Assembly (NCBI RefSeq): GCF_030028105.1 | Contig: NC_092371.1 | Span: forward strand, 65,862,057-65,926,056 | DNA from: Mobula birostris | Taxonomy: Eukaryota | Length of the DNA stretch: 64,000 nt | Direction of reading: 5' to 3' | Shown: piece after piece, positions 38,330-51,072 of the stretch | Layout of the letters: each line of letters opens with the position of its first letter | Position numbering within the stretch: position 1 is the stretch's first letter | Translations under genes and position numbers: made by a program | Notes under the pieces: model-generated | Seen by the model: the letters and a program-made list of their open reading frames with translations, nothing else | What the model was told of the DNA's origin: nothing | The model's database searches: none

Positions 38330-39840
38330 TAATAAGATTTAAGATTCATCTCAAGATTCAAGATTGTTTACTGTAATTCAGCAGTGTAATTGAGAATCAA
38401 AGGATTGCTACTGCAGATCCAGTGCAGCATTAAAAAAGCACAATAAGCATAAAGAACGCACTACAAAAATCACAATAAATACAAATACAAAACATTAGCT
38501 GATATAGATACACTTCTTGTATGTACATGAAGTGATTCTAGGTACAGGAGTGTTTGTACATAAGGCGACTGACAGGAAGTGATAAAGTAGTGGTGGTGGG
38601 GTGGCCTGGGTGGGGGTGTTGATCAGCCTGACAGCTTGGGGAAAAGTAACTGTTTTTGAGTTTGGTGGTCCTGGCGTGGATGCTGTGCAGGCTCCTCTGT
38701 GATGGGAGTGGGACAAGTAATCCATGGGCAGGGTGAGTGAGATCCTTCACGATGTTACTGGACCTTTTCTGGCACCTTTCTATATAAGGTAAGGTTCGTC
38801 CATCGTCACCGATGAAGACCTCGACACCATTAGTACTTTTTACGAGGTCAGGTTGCTAGCTCGACACTCAACCTGGCACGGATGGAAAGCGTGTCTGGGA
38901 GTGGCCCGACTGGATTTGAACTCGGGAACCTTCACTCTGGAACCTTCACTCTGGAGTCTGGCGCTGATGTCACTGCGCCACCAGCCAGTTTATGATGGTG
39001 TCAAGACTAGCGCGTGATTTGGATTTAAGTGAGAGAGAGTTGCGCAGTGTCAGCCTCACTCTCTCTTCCCAGTTCCCATCTGGATCCAGTGGCAAGACAA
39101 AGTCAAGACGGCTGGAGATGGGACTAGGCGCAGTGGATGACCAGGACATCTTCTGTGTCTTGTCCTGCTCTATGCATTCCACGACGCTTACAGAGACCGC
39201 CTTCTTGACCGTTGGACCTTCCATTGGTCTCGTCCCCTCAATCAGCCGGAGTCTGTCTTCACATGCTGAGATAGACAACTCCCTATCTCATTGAGGGTTT
39301 GAGACCCGTCGGCTGCTCTCACCTGATTTAGCCGGCTTGTTGAAGCCATTGTCTGGGGTGTGGCCGCTGTCGCATGCAAACAGCTACAGGGAGCCACAGG
39401 TGGGAACTGAGTTCCAGGTGGGGACCAGAGGTGGACAAACCACCTTGAAAAGGACGCCACATGTTCCCCCACCAGAGGTGCTACCTCTCCCTGAGGCCCC
39501 ATACACCCCACCTTTCTATATATACAGTACCTTGATATGGGTAGGACTGTGCTGGTGATGCTTTGAACAGTTTTGACTACCCGTTGTAGAGCCTTCCTGT
39601 CTAGTGTGGTGCAGTTCCTGTACTATGCAGTGATGCAGCATGTTGGGATGCTCTCTACTCCACCTCTGTATAAGGTCTTGAGTATTGATGTACATCATCC
39701 AGCTCTCTTCAGTCGTCAGAAAATAGAGGTGTTGGTGAACATTCTTGACTGTGGAGAATGTGTTCTGCGACCATGACAGGTGGTGTGTAATGTGGACTCC
39801 CAGGATTTTGAAACTGCTGTGCCACCAATGTGGAGGGGTG
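38330..39840 (-). mobile_element. Rex1/Babar-like LINE 3' part, split by the 38787-39508 insertion
   Basis: FKILGVHITHHLSWS.. (39516..39896) continues as KDLTHPAHGLLVPLPS..RTTKLKNSYF (38538..38750). Confidence 0.75.
38787..39508 (-). mobile_element. Non-autonomous RTE-related retroelement with internal tRNA-like module
   Basis: Perfect 14-bp TSD cacctttctatata (38773-38786 and 39509-39522); (acctt)2 tail; the RTE assignment rests on a recalled 5' UTR motif. Confidence 0.7.
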
Positions 39841-40167
39841 TAAGTGAGGCTAAACAAATTTAAATAAGTGACAGTTGTAACTTCTGGACAAATCAAAAAT
39901 CTGTTTTGTTTGCTTCAGCTAAGTCACTTCAGTGAATTAATATCTGTGTAGCAGGAGAACCAAAGTAGTAGTACAGTGGATTGTGGTTGTATTGGGACAC
40001 ATCAGGACCAATACATTTTGGCCCAATTAAGCAGCTGCTCCAAATTGCGAAGGTTCATGGAAATAGTTCAGGAAGGTATAAAAAAGGCAAACTACTGTTT
40101 GACTGAGAAACAAATTCTGTATTTAAATGAAATACAGAACAAATTAGAACACTACCTACAGTACTAC

Positions 40168-40701
40168 TGTCTATCTGTCTAGGTACCACATCCGATGCGG
40201 ACTTTGTGACCATGGTTTTCCATATAGGTCGCTCCTTCGTTTTTTGGATGACTTCCATTTCCTCGATGTGTAGACACCTGGCTATGCTTTTGATGTACAT
40301 AAGCCGAGGTCTTCCTCTAGGTTTACTCCCCTCAATCTTTCCAGAGAGTATGAGTTTTTCTAGTTCATCTTTCCGCATGATGTGTCCTAGGAATCTGAGT
40401 TGTCTTTCTCTTATTGTTGGTATGAGTGATCGAACTGCTTGGGCTCTTCTGAGAACTTCTTCATTTGATGTGTGTGTGGTCCATGATATTTTTAATATTC
40501 TCCTGCAGAACCATAATTCAGCTGCTTCTAGTCTCTTTTCCATTGCTGGAGAAATGGTCCAGCATTCACTTCCATAAGTCAGGATAGAGTAAATGTAGCA
40601 CTGCAGTATTCTGTTTTTAGTGTCCGTGCTCATCTTTCTGTCTGTTAATATGGTCTTCATTTTTTGGAAAGCTTCTTTCGCCATTGTTATTCTGTATTTC
40701 T
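40168..40701 (-). mobile_element. RTE-clade LINE, 5'-truncated, reading frame open
   Basis: AKEAF..ILTYGSECWT..RRILKISW..NEEVL..RQLRFLGHIMR..GRPR; 8-bp TSD agtactac (40160-40167, 40702-40709). Confidence 0.9.
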
Positions 40702-41126
40702 AGTACTACAGTAACTTAAAACTGTATTCCTAAAAGTTTTCGACAGACAGTGTATGCTGCTATATTCTTTTGATTGACTGTAAATGTGCAAAATCAGCCA
40801 GGCACCAAGTGCAGACAGCATCTTCCCTACCTTCATTTTCATTGTAATATTCAAGACAATTGTTGATAACTTCAAATTGTTCATAGTTCCTAACTTGTTG
40901 AAGTAATAAGGACATTTCATTTTCACTCCTGGCTGATTCTGGCATCTCCAAGCTGGAATGCTTGAAACCGCTGTGAGCAAACAGTACTGAATTGTTTTAC
41001 TGCTTATTCTTGCCAAAAATCACTGTTTTTTGAACACAGACACAGACAACTGACACTGTTTAAAATCTGTTTGCTCTAAGCACAGTGTGGTGTCTAATGG
41101 CCACACAAGTGCCTGTGTCTGACGCT

Positions 41127-41510
41127 AGTTAGATTAGATTCAACTTTATTGTCATTGTGCCGAGTACAGATACAAAGCCAATGAAATGCAGTTAGCATAG
41201 TGTTATTTTCAAAATAACTGCGAATAAAAAGTGCTACAGCACACAAATATAAAAGTACTGAGACAGTACAATACGGGTGCAATACTGCTTAGTGCTGTGA
41301 TGTTGAGGTTCAGCAGGGTCACAGCCTCAAGGAAGAAGCTCTTCCTGTGCCTGCTGGTGCGGGAGCGGAGGCTCCTGTAGCACCTACCGGATGGGAGGAG
41401 AGTAAAAAGTCCATGGTTAGGGTGAACTGCATCCTTGATAATGCTTTTTGCCCTGCCCAGGCAGCGCTTATGGTAGATGTTCTCAATGGTGGGCAATTGG
41501 GTGCCGATAA
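41127..41510 (-). mobile_element. Rex1/Babar-like LINE 3' fragment
   Basis: IIKDAVHPNHGLFTLLPSGRCYRSLRSRTSRHRKSFF; (tctaa) tail. Confidence 0.8.
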
Positions 41511-41775
41511 TAACTGTTTGTCAACAGTCACCTGCCTCAGTTAAGTGGCATAGTGTCCCAAATAAATGAAGTGAATCTCATCAACTTTCTCAATTAGTTT
41601 TTGTTCTTTAAGAGTTTTCCCAAATAAGTAGGTGCCTGATTAACCAGTGGCCCATTTAACCGGAATCCACTGTACAGAGTTGTACAAAATATGCTGATTG
41701 TAACTGGAATCCACTGTACAGAGTTGTACAAAATACGCTGCTTGTAAATGAAAATACCTTCTTCCTTTTATTCAG

Positions 41776-41925
41776 GTGCTTATTGCTTATCCGTGTCTGA
41801 CTATGACAATGCAAAAGGACTGAATGTAAAGCACTACAAGATTCGCAAGCTGGACAAGGGTGGCTTCTACATTACATCACGAACACAGTTTGATAACCTG
41901 CAGCAACTGGTTGTCCACTACTCAA
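41776..41925 (+). CDS. SRC: SRC coding exon, SH2 C-terminal part ([49 protein letters not shown])
   Basis: tttattcag acceptor and a|gtaagt donor; 150 bp; AYCLSVSD and GLNVKHY are SRC-type. Confidence 0.96.
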
Positions 41926-42199
41926 GTAAGTTATAAAGAAAGCAAAGGTTGTGCAGCCTGTAATGAAGATATCTTTCATTGTTACAATGGTGCCTTTGAA
42001 TAAGTGGATTAACGTAAGTGTTGTTCATCTGTCAGCAGAATCCCTTAAACAGCTAGAGTGGCAGAAATAACACATTCCACTGTTGTACATGTTCCTGGTG
42101 CTCTGTTTATACACATCTTAATGCTGATTCCACAGGAAAACAGATCCTAAGGTGTCATGCACCAGACTACATCAATATTGCCTTTCAGTTACACAGAAG

Positions 42200-42802
42200 A
42201 TAGAACCAGAAGCAGTACAGCACAGTACAGTACAGGCCCTTCAGCCCACAATGTCATGCCAACCTTTAACCTACTCAAGGATCAATCTGCCTCTTCCCTC
42301 CCACATAACCCTCCATTTTTCTTTCATCCATGTGCCTATCTAGGAGTCTATTGAATGTCCCTAATGTATCTGCTTCTACCACCACCCCTAGCAGCACATC
42401 CCATGTGACTACCACTATCTGTGTAAAAACAAAACTAGCTCTGACCTTCCATCTATATATTTTTAATTTTACTTATTGAGGTACAGTGCTGGCCCTTTGT
42501 GCCATGCCGCCCAGCAATCCCCTGATTTAATCCTGGCCTAATTATGAAACAATTTCCAATGACCAATTAACGTTCCAACCTGTACATCTTTGGACTATGG
42601 GAGGAAACCTACGCAGTCATGGGGAGAACACACAAACTCCTTACAGACAGCGGTGGGAATTGAACCTGGGTCTCTGGTGCTATAAAGTCTTGTGCTAACC
42701 ACTACGCTACTGTTGTCCTCCAGTCACCTTAAAATTAAGCACCTTGTATCAACCATTTCCACCCTGGGTAAAGTCTTTGGCTGTCCACTCTATCTATGCC
42801 TT
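42200..42802 (-). mobile_element. CR1 3' fragment with nested V-SINE (~42465-42712)
   Basis: CR1 terminal motif in reverse; SINE B box and V core in reverse. Confidence 0.7.
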
Positions 42803-43864
42803 TTGACATCAATTGAAGTTTTAAAAAAAAACTGCTCAATAAATTTCAGTCTGAATCAAGGCGCATAGACTAACCCATGCAGTGCCTTAATTATTCAAAA
42901 GTAAATATCTCAGTTTTCTTATTGTTTTAAAAGGTGGGAAGTAAGAATATTTGGTAATACCAGAGAGAAACTCACATGAACCCCTTCCCTCAGAGTCTCA
43001 TTATAACCTTGAACGAACCTGCACATTTATGGAGAGCACATGCCTTTGAGAGCTGTAGAACAAAGCACATTCATCTAAATAGAATGAGCTGCCATTATCC
43101 TGGCTGCCTAACCATCCTCTGAGAGTCTGTGATGGGGATATTAGTGAAACCTTGCTGAAAAATAATGAACCCTTCCGGAAAAAGTACTCCAGACCCAAAA
43201 CAACATAGAAAGCCATTCTCAGCTGAAGTTCTTTGTATGCACAAATAAATAAAATAATTTATGTTAACATAAGAAAGATGGAGCTTGGGCTCTCCTGGGA
43301 TATTCTAAAATGCTTCACTTGGAATTTTCTTTGTGTCGCAATTCATGTTGTTCAGTGTGTTTGCTTGACCTATGTTTCCCCTTCTGAAATAATTCCTCAG
43401 TTTTAAAATAATTTAGCCTTATTTTCAAACCACTTCAAGATCTTGCCCTCTTTGTCAGCAATCAACTCCAGCCCAGCAATCTCTGATTTTCTACTTTCTG
43501 TTAACGATTTTTTGATCATGCTCAAATTTAATCACTTCACCTTTAGTAACTGTGCTATCAACTGCTAGGACTCCAGGCTATAGAATTCCTTTTGGAAGAC
43601 ACTCTACATCTCTATCACTCTTTCTGCCTTTAAGACACTTTACAAACATATTTTTCTGATTTGGCTTTTGTTTTGCTATTTAGACTGGCATCAATTCTTA
43701 CTTGATATTGATTCTGTGAAATGTGTCTTGGTTTTGCTGCATTTAATGCACTAAATGGCAATTGATGTTGTGTATAATCCCGATACAGCCAGGTTGCACA
43801 AGTTACTCATGAAGTAGGTATTTAGTTAATATACCTTTTATGCTTTCCATTGAGAATTGAACAC

Positions 43865-45245
43865 TTGATGCTGAGATACATCGGAGGATGCATTGGGACA
43901 CATCATCAGGTATTCTACTTGGGGTCATCAGGTGTTTCGAGTCTTTCAACGTCATACACTACAGCCCAGGAAACCCAGCCAGATTGATCGTGTCCTGGCT
44001 TGTGTCCCAGCAGCATTGGTGCACGGGTCACACTTCTTGTTCCATATCCATCTGGAGGCTTGCTCAGCAACTTCTGTGATGGTCCTGATGGCTCTTCTCT
44101 TTGCAGCCCCCGTAAGGCCAAGGAGAGAGTAGGTTTTGCGGACCGAACAGCCAGGAAAGCCTCTACACCCCATCTCGATAAGCTCACACGGTGCCCTCCA
44201 TCCCTGTCTCTGCCACTGCTCTACCAGCTCCTGGTATTGGGCTTTCTTACACTTGATTGCCTCCTCAATCCAGTTTTGCCAAGGCACCGTCAGTTCTATC
44301 ATCATCACCCTTCTCCAAGGTTTCTGTCAGGGCTCAGTGATGATGATGTGATGAAGTCAGGGAACTTTAATTAAGCACCTCCTCTCCATGCGCCAAAAGC
44401 AGAACTTCCCACTGACAAAACAGTTTAATTCTGATTCCCATTCCCATTCTAACATGCCAGTCCATGGCCTCTTCTTGTGCCATGATGAGGCCACCCTCAG
44501 GGTGGAGGAGCAACACCTTATAGTCCGTCTGGGTAGTCTCCAACCTGATGGTGTGAATATCGATTTTTCCTTCTGGTTTAAAAAAAAATCCTCTTCTCCC
44601 CTGTTCTTCTATTCCCCAATCTGGCCTCTTACCTCTTCTCACCTGCTTATCACCACCCCCTGGCTTCCCTCCTCCTTCCCTTTCTCCTATGGCCTACTCT
44701 CCTCTCCTGTCAGATTCCTTCTTCTCCAGCACTTATCTTTCCAACTCACCTGCGTTGACCTATCACCTTCTAGCTATCCTCCTTCCCCCTTCCCCCATCA
44801 TTATATTCTGGCATCTTCCCCTTTCCTTTTCAGTCCTGATAAAGGGTCTCGGCCTAAAGTGACGACTGTTTATTCAGTTCCATAGACTCTGCCTGACCTG
44901 CTGAGTAGCTCCAGCATTTTGTGTCTGTTGCTACGGAATTTTAATTGGTTATCAAAACTGATTTTCAGTTGCCAGTCAGATGACATGGTGAGCAAGCCTG
45001 CTGGTGATCTGGGCCGAGGCTGTGGTTGGTCCCCAGCTTTGACAAAGGCTATGGGCTTTCTTGGCTGGTGGTGTTTACTGGTGTTAATGGCTGAGGAAGT
45101 ATTTTCTGCTACTACCTTCAGCATCTGGTCATGACACCAGTGGTACTGACCAGGCCACTAGGAGAAATCCACGGTCTTGGATGAACAATGTGCTTGCTTA
45201 TTTTCACCGGCCTCAAAAGAGGGGACCAAGAAACAGTTTAAGTTG
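43865..45245 (-). mobile_element. HERO-like (R2 group, restriction-like endonuclease) non-LTR retrotransposon 3' part, split by a Penelope insertion
   Basis: IAFVKAG..GLL..DWQLKI..QLKF (44870..45124) joins SLSPD..IELTVPW..KKAQYQELV..IEMGCRGF..ASRWIW (43952..44308). Confidence 0.8.
44373..44934 (+). mobile_element. Penelope-like element 3' fragment
   Basis: FNSDSHSHSNMPVHGLFLCHDEATLRVEEQHLIVRLGSLQPDGVNIDFS; flanked by ggaactttaatt / ggaattttaatt. Confidence 0.88.
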
Positions 45246-45287
45246 CTGCCCAAGTTCTTGACTTATGTCAAGCCATGGAAAGAAGTA

Positions 45288-45440
45288 CAGGTCAACCTTC
45301 ACTAATCCGGCACCATTGGGACCTGAGGAGTGCCGGATTAGTGAAAATGCCGAATTACAGAAGGATCACATTAAGCATAATCAGTGCCGGATTATCGAAG
45401 GAACCGGATTACAAGTAGTTGGATTAGTGAAGGTCGACTG
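45288..45440. mobile_element. Tigger/MER2-type MITE
   Basis: TA-flanked TIRs caggtcaaccttcactaatcc / ggattagtgaaggtcgactg; internal ccggatta repeats. Confidence 0.85.
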
Positions 45441-46181
45441 TAGTAGTGATCCCTGAAGGTGGGGGAAAGAATAAAAGGATTGATTGGTTTATTGTGGTGC
45501 CTACCAATTGTCAGTCAAAGATAACTTACCAGAATTGTTCACCTTTCTACTAGCAGACTATGAAAGATAACGGTGTCTTTTATATCATTAGAAATTTTGG
45601 TGCATGTCTTAATTCAGGAGGAAAATATACCACAGCATTTTATAAGATGATAAGAATGCTATATACTACATAAACCACTGTGTGTTTAAAGACAGTATAT
45701 TGGGAATGGATACATTTACAAATGCATCCTTCTGACAAATAACTCAGTTCCTTAGATACACACATTTAGGAGTACGCTACGTTAAGTGAATACTGGCCAT
45801 GTGCTCCCTATTTGTTAGGGTGCCAAGTTCTGAGATTTCCCCTACTGTGCCTCTGTCTGTTACTTGAACAACAGAGTTCAATAGCAGCACAGAGCTTGTT
45901 TAGAATGTTTCCAGGTTCCAGTGGGAAGGTCACACTTCCCTACTCCTACATTGCATCCTTTAGGATCAGTTGGGTTCCGTGTGGAGAAGACATCTTTGAC
46001 CTCACCATCAGATTTTCCCTTGTACACTTACTTGAAGCTCAGTTACATTTGGGCATAGATGAAGGAAGTCTATTCTACTCTTAAATGATGCTGTACTTCA
46101 GGGTATGTACAACTTTTGGTTGGTTAGATGAAGGGTTCCAGATTCAAGTTCCTCTTCAGAGACTCATCATCATCATTATGT

Positions 46182-46787
46182 AAACACGAGGAAATCTGCA
46201 TAATCCATGTCCCATTCCCATTCTGACATGTCTATCCACGGCCTCCTCTACTGTAAAGATGAAGCCACACTCAGGTTGGAGGAACAACACCTTATATTCC
46301 GTCTGAGTAGCCTCCAACCTGATGGCATGAACATTGACTTCTCTAACTTCCGTTAATGCCCCACCTCCCCTTTGTACCCCATCGCTTATTTATTTATTTG
46401 TTTGTTTGTTCATTCATTCATTCCCCCTTTTTTCCCTCCTTTTTTCTCCCTCTGTCCCTCGCACTATAACTCCTTGCCCATCCTCTGGGTTTTTCTCTCC
46501 CCTCCCCCTTTCTTTCTCCCTAGGCCTTCCGTACCATGATCTTCTCCCTTCTCTAGCCTCGTATCCCTTTTGCCAATCAACTTTCCAGCTCTTGGCTCCA
46601 TCCCTTCCCCTCCTGTCTGCTCCTATCATTTTGGATCTCCCCCTCTCCCTCCCACTTTCAAATCTCTTACTATCTCTTCTTTCAGTTAGTCCTGACGAAG
46701 GGTCTCGGCCCGAAACGTTGACTGTACCTCTTCCTACAGATGCTGCCTGGCCTGCTGTGTTCACCAGCATTTTTGTGTGTGTTGCTT
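46182..46787 (+). mobile_element. Penelope-like element 3' fragment, well preserved
   Basis: SHSHSDMSIHGLLYCKDEATLRLEEQHLIFRLSSLQPDGMNIDFSNFR-stop and intact terminal hammerhead. Confidence 0.9.
46688..46723 (+). ncRNA. Minimal type I hammerhead ribozyme motif (Penelope-derived)
   Basis: AGUC CUGACGA A GGGU-CUCG-GCCC GAAAC GUU GACU: intact CUGANGA and GAAA cores, helices I and II, palindromic AACGUU helix III, NUH triplet GUU. Confidence 0.7.
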
Positions 46788-48884
46788 GATCATCATCATG
46801 TGCTGTATCATGTGACATGGGTGATCATGGTCTCTTGATTATGATTGTTCTTGGCTATTTTTTCTACATAAGTGGTTTGCCATTGCCGCCTTATGGGCAG
46901 TGCCTTTACAAAATGGGTGATCCCAGCCATTATCAATACTCTTCAGAGACTGTCTGGCGTCAGTGGTAGCATAATCAGGACTTGTGATGTGCAGCAGCTT
47001 CTCATATGACCATCCATCACTTGCTCCCATGGTTTCACATGACCCTGATCAGGGTGGGGGGGGGGGGCGGGGCTACGCAGATGCTTCACCTTGTCCAAGG
47101 GTGACCTGCAGGCTAGTGGATGGAAGGAGCACCTCACGCCTCCTTTGGTAGAGTCGGATCTCTACCCTGTCCCCTACTTCAGAGACTAAAGCACACACTG
47201 ATTGTCCACTGAAGTACTGCTCTCTCAGCTGGACATATGATCCAATGGTACTACTTCAAAGAAGATCTGTAGGGTTATCCTGATGACTTGGTCAGCATTT
47301 AACTTGTAAACAGCATTTCAGAAATGAAACATGTGATTAGATGACAATAAGATTGTTAGCTGGGGAATGCCTAGTATGTGCAAGTGAACTGACTGATACC
47401 AGGTAGTCTGTTTGGTTTTTATTCTGTAGTGACTTGGTAGTAGTGTCATTGACTCAGCTGGCCAAGTCTTGAAAGATATATCCTTGTGTTCCAGATCAGT
47501 TCCTCCAAGAGAACCGCAATCTTGTCGTAGGGATTGAAGGCTTGTATGCCTCAATGAGCTATGTTGGCTGGAGCCAGGGCTTGTGCTTTGACTCTTGGTA
47601 GGGTCACCCATGCCAAACAGGTCAAAGGGTAGAGGCCAGATGAAGAATGGTCCTTTGGTCTTTCAGGTTCGTGGGTACAGCTCAGGACCAACAACCGTGA
47701 CTTGTCCAAAAAAAATTGTCACACAAACAGCAATAAAGAATCCTTTTATATCTGTGGTGGACTGTATGGACAGGCAGAGATGGAGGGCCTTCATTGCTGC
47801 TCTAAATGCCAGCAGTGTAACAGGCAGTAAGCTGGTCCAGGTTAGTTAGGGCACGATTCTCAAGTGGTTCCTTTTTAATCCTACTCAAGTGACAAACTGT
47901 TTGGAGCCCCGGTTCTCCGAGCACCAATCCTTCTTGTGTTAAGTGTGTTCCTCTTTTCATTCATTCTATAATCTCTTGTTATAAGGAATCCACCCCTATC
48001 TTCACCCTTTGGAAATCTATCACCTTTACGAGGGATGTCTCAATACTTGCAGCAGTCACCACATTTCTCAAACTGTGCATATGTTAGTGGTTGTATTGGT
48101 AATTATTTACCTCTTCAAAGACTACAAAGTATGGAGAACTACATGTACAAAGGCTTTGGCCCATTGCATCAAGCTTATCAGCACAAATAGAGAAGTGCAA
48201 ATATAATTTTGTCTCTCATATGGTTGTATCACCACTTCCCATAACACTATACCATCTTTGGGCAGGTATTGTACTGGAAGTGAGGGGTATTCCCGAGATC
48301 AGTTAGTGTCTCCTACCTATGAAAGTGGGACAGCAAAACACATACCTTTGGGATAACTGGTAGAATCTCACATATTCACCTGCATCTTCCAAACCATTCT
48401 GCACTAATAATTCAAGGTAGTACCTCACAGTTCCAATTTTAAGAACTATATCCATCCATTCCCATTGGGTTTAGTTGGGCCTCTTGTTGAACCACACATG
48501 GCCATAATTCACTCACACTTCGCCATGTGAACATATTCACATCATCAACCCACCCCCCACCTGATATTAGACTACACTTCCCAGATGATGATTCATCGTC
48601 GCAGGTGTCAAAGCTTTCCTTTTGATCCAATCCCAACCTGTTATCTAAATTCTGTCCTTTACGTCAGCGATACCACTCAGGAATCACCTAGTGAATCTTT
48701 ACTGCACTTCCTCCTTCGCAAGAACATCCTCCTCAGATGAGGAGATTAAAACTATACATGATACTTAGGTCCCACCAAATCCAGCTGCCATTGCCTCTCT
48801 CCTACTTTGGGCAGAATCTCTTTCAGTATCCTGCCTTTCAAGAGTCCTATGCCTCAGTCCCACCCTGCCATGACTATTTGGAGA

Positions 48885-49805
48885 ACCATAAGATATAGGA
48901 GCAGAAGTAGACCTTTTGGCCCACCGAGTTTGCTCCACTATTTCACATGGCTGATCCATTTTTCCTCTCAGCCCCAATCTCCTACCTTCCCCCCGTATCC
49001 CTTCATGCCCTGACCAATCAAGAATCTAACATCCTCTGCCTTAAATAAGACTTGGCTGCCACAGCTGGCTGTAGCAAGGAATTCCACAGATTCACCCTCT
49101 CTTGCTAAACAAATTCTTCCTCATCTCTATTCTGAGGTCATATCCTCTGGTCTTACACTCTCACAACATAGGATACATCCTCTCCACATCCACTCTATCA
49201 AGGCCTTTCACCAGTAAATAGGTTTCAATGAGGTCACCCCTCATTCTTCTGAATTCCAGTGAATACATGCCCGGAGCCATCAAACGCTCTTCACATGACA
49301 AGCCATTCAAATGCAGAATCACTTTCGTAAACCTCCTTTGAGCCTCTCGAGTTTCAGCACATCTTTACTAAGAGAAGGGGCCCAAAACTGCTCATAATAC
49401 TCCAAGTGAGACCTCACCTGTGCTTTATAAAGTCTCAACATTATATCCTTGATATTATATTCTAGTCCTCTTGAAATGAATGCTAACATTGCATTTGCCT
49501 TTGTCAGCACAGACTCAGCCTGCAAATTAACCTTTAGGGAATCCTACACAAGGACTCCCAATTCCCTTTACACCTCTGTTTTTTGTATTTTCTCTCCATT
49601 TAGAAAATAGTCAACCCTTTCATTTCTTCTACCAAAATGCATGATCTTACACTTCCTGAAACTGTATTCCATCTGCCATTTTTTTGCCCATTCTCCTAAT
49701 CTGTCTAGGTCCTTCTATAGCCTCCCTACTTCCTCAAAACTACCTGCCCCATCACCTATATTCCTATCAACTGCAAACTTTGCAACAAAGCCATCAATTC
49801 CATCT
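48885..49805 (-). mobile_element. CR1 RT and 3' end
   Basis: KANAMLAFISRGLEY..LYKAQVRSHLEY..FWAP; same subfamily as 1455-2440. Confidence 0.88.
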
Positions 49806-50554
49806 GGTCAGTTTTTCTGTCAGTATCCGCTTGCCCTGTTATCAATTTGCAGGTTGCAAGTCAGGTTGTGCTTTTAGGTATTTTAACCCGATTGTTTCAA
49901 AATTGGCCTCTCCATGGTCTGCGCATCAGTATGCTGATAATTTTAGCAGATATCTTTCTCACTCCCACTTGAGCATTTTTTGTTTTCTGAACTATATCAA
50001 CCTCTTCTGCACAGCTGCCTATCATCTCCTTGCTTCCCCTCCTTCTTCCCTTCCTTCTTCTCTGGCCCTTTACCTTTCTCACCCACCTGGCTTCACCTGT
50101 CATCTTCGAGCTTGTCATCTCCCCCACCCCCTACCAACCTTTTTGTTCTGACGATCTCGGCCCAAAACATGACTTTATTCATTTCTGTAGATGCTGCCTG
50201 AGCTGCTGAGTTCCTCCAGGATTTTGTGTGTGTTGCTGTTGATTTAGATAACTGCATGACTGATCTTCGTTGATCAGTACAATTTCACCACACACTTCAG
50301 TAGCTTGTTGACTCCCTTACAATTAATCATAACTGCACATCAACTATAATGCCCCAGTGCTTTATAATGTGCCATGCAATATCATCTATGCTTTGATTTC
50401 AATAGAGAGAAAGACATAAACCTCTGAGAAAAGATAAATAATTATCTAATTAGCCAAAACTTTCATAATTTAAATTTAAAATCAGGCTGAAGAGATGTCA
50501 TTGGAATGGGCTAACTTCACTGCCCTTATCCACATTGGCAGTGAGTGCCTGAAG

Positions 50555-51072
50555 TTAAGACCATGAGACGTAGGAGAAGAATAAGGCCATTTGCTCCATT
50601 GAGTCTGCTCTGCCATTCCATCAGGGCTGATTTATTATCCCTCTCAACCCCATTCTCCTGCCTTCTCCTCGTAATGTTTGATGACTTTACTAATAAAGAA
50701 AGTGTCACCTTCCATTTTGAATCTACCCAATGTCTTATCCACATATCTGCCTGCAGCAATGAATACCACAGATTTACCACTGACTGGCTAAAGAAATTCC
50801 ATGTTATCTCTGTTCTAAAGGAACGTCCTTCTATTCTACTCTGGTCCTATGCTCTCCCACTTTTGGAAATACTGTTGCCACATGCACTGTACCTAGGCCT
50901 TTCAGTATTTGATAGGTTTCAATGAGATCCCTCCTCGTTCTTCTGATCTCAAATGAGTACAGGCCCAGAGCCATCAAATCCTTCTCATATGTTAACACCT
51001 TCATTCCTGGGATCATTCTTGTGAATCTCCTCTGGACCTTCTCCAATGCCCACACATCCTTTCTTACATGGG
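50555..51072 (-). mobile_element. CR1 3' fragment
   Basis: RKDVWALEKVQRRFTRMIPGMK..RRDLIETYQILKG. Confidence 0.85.

Larger units (their letters stand above)
39974..41672 (-). mobile_element. Tigger/pogo-like DNA transposon, non-autonomous, with nested RTE and Rex1-like insertions
   Basis: TA-flanked TIRs cagtggatt..ggtt..attggg / cccatttaaccggaatccactg; acidic transposase-tail-like remnant at 40760-40951. Confidence 0.75.
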
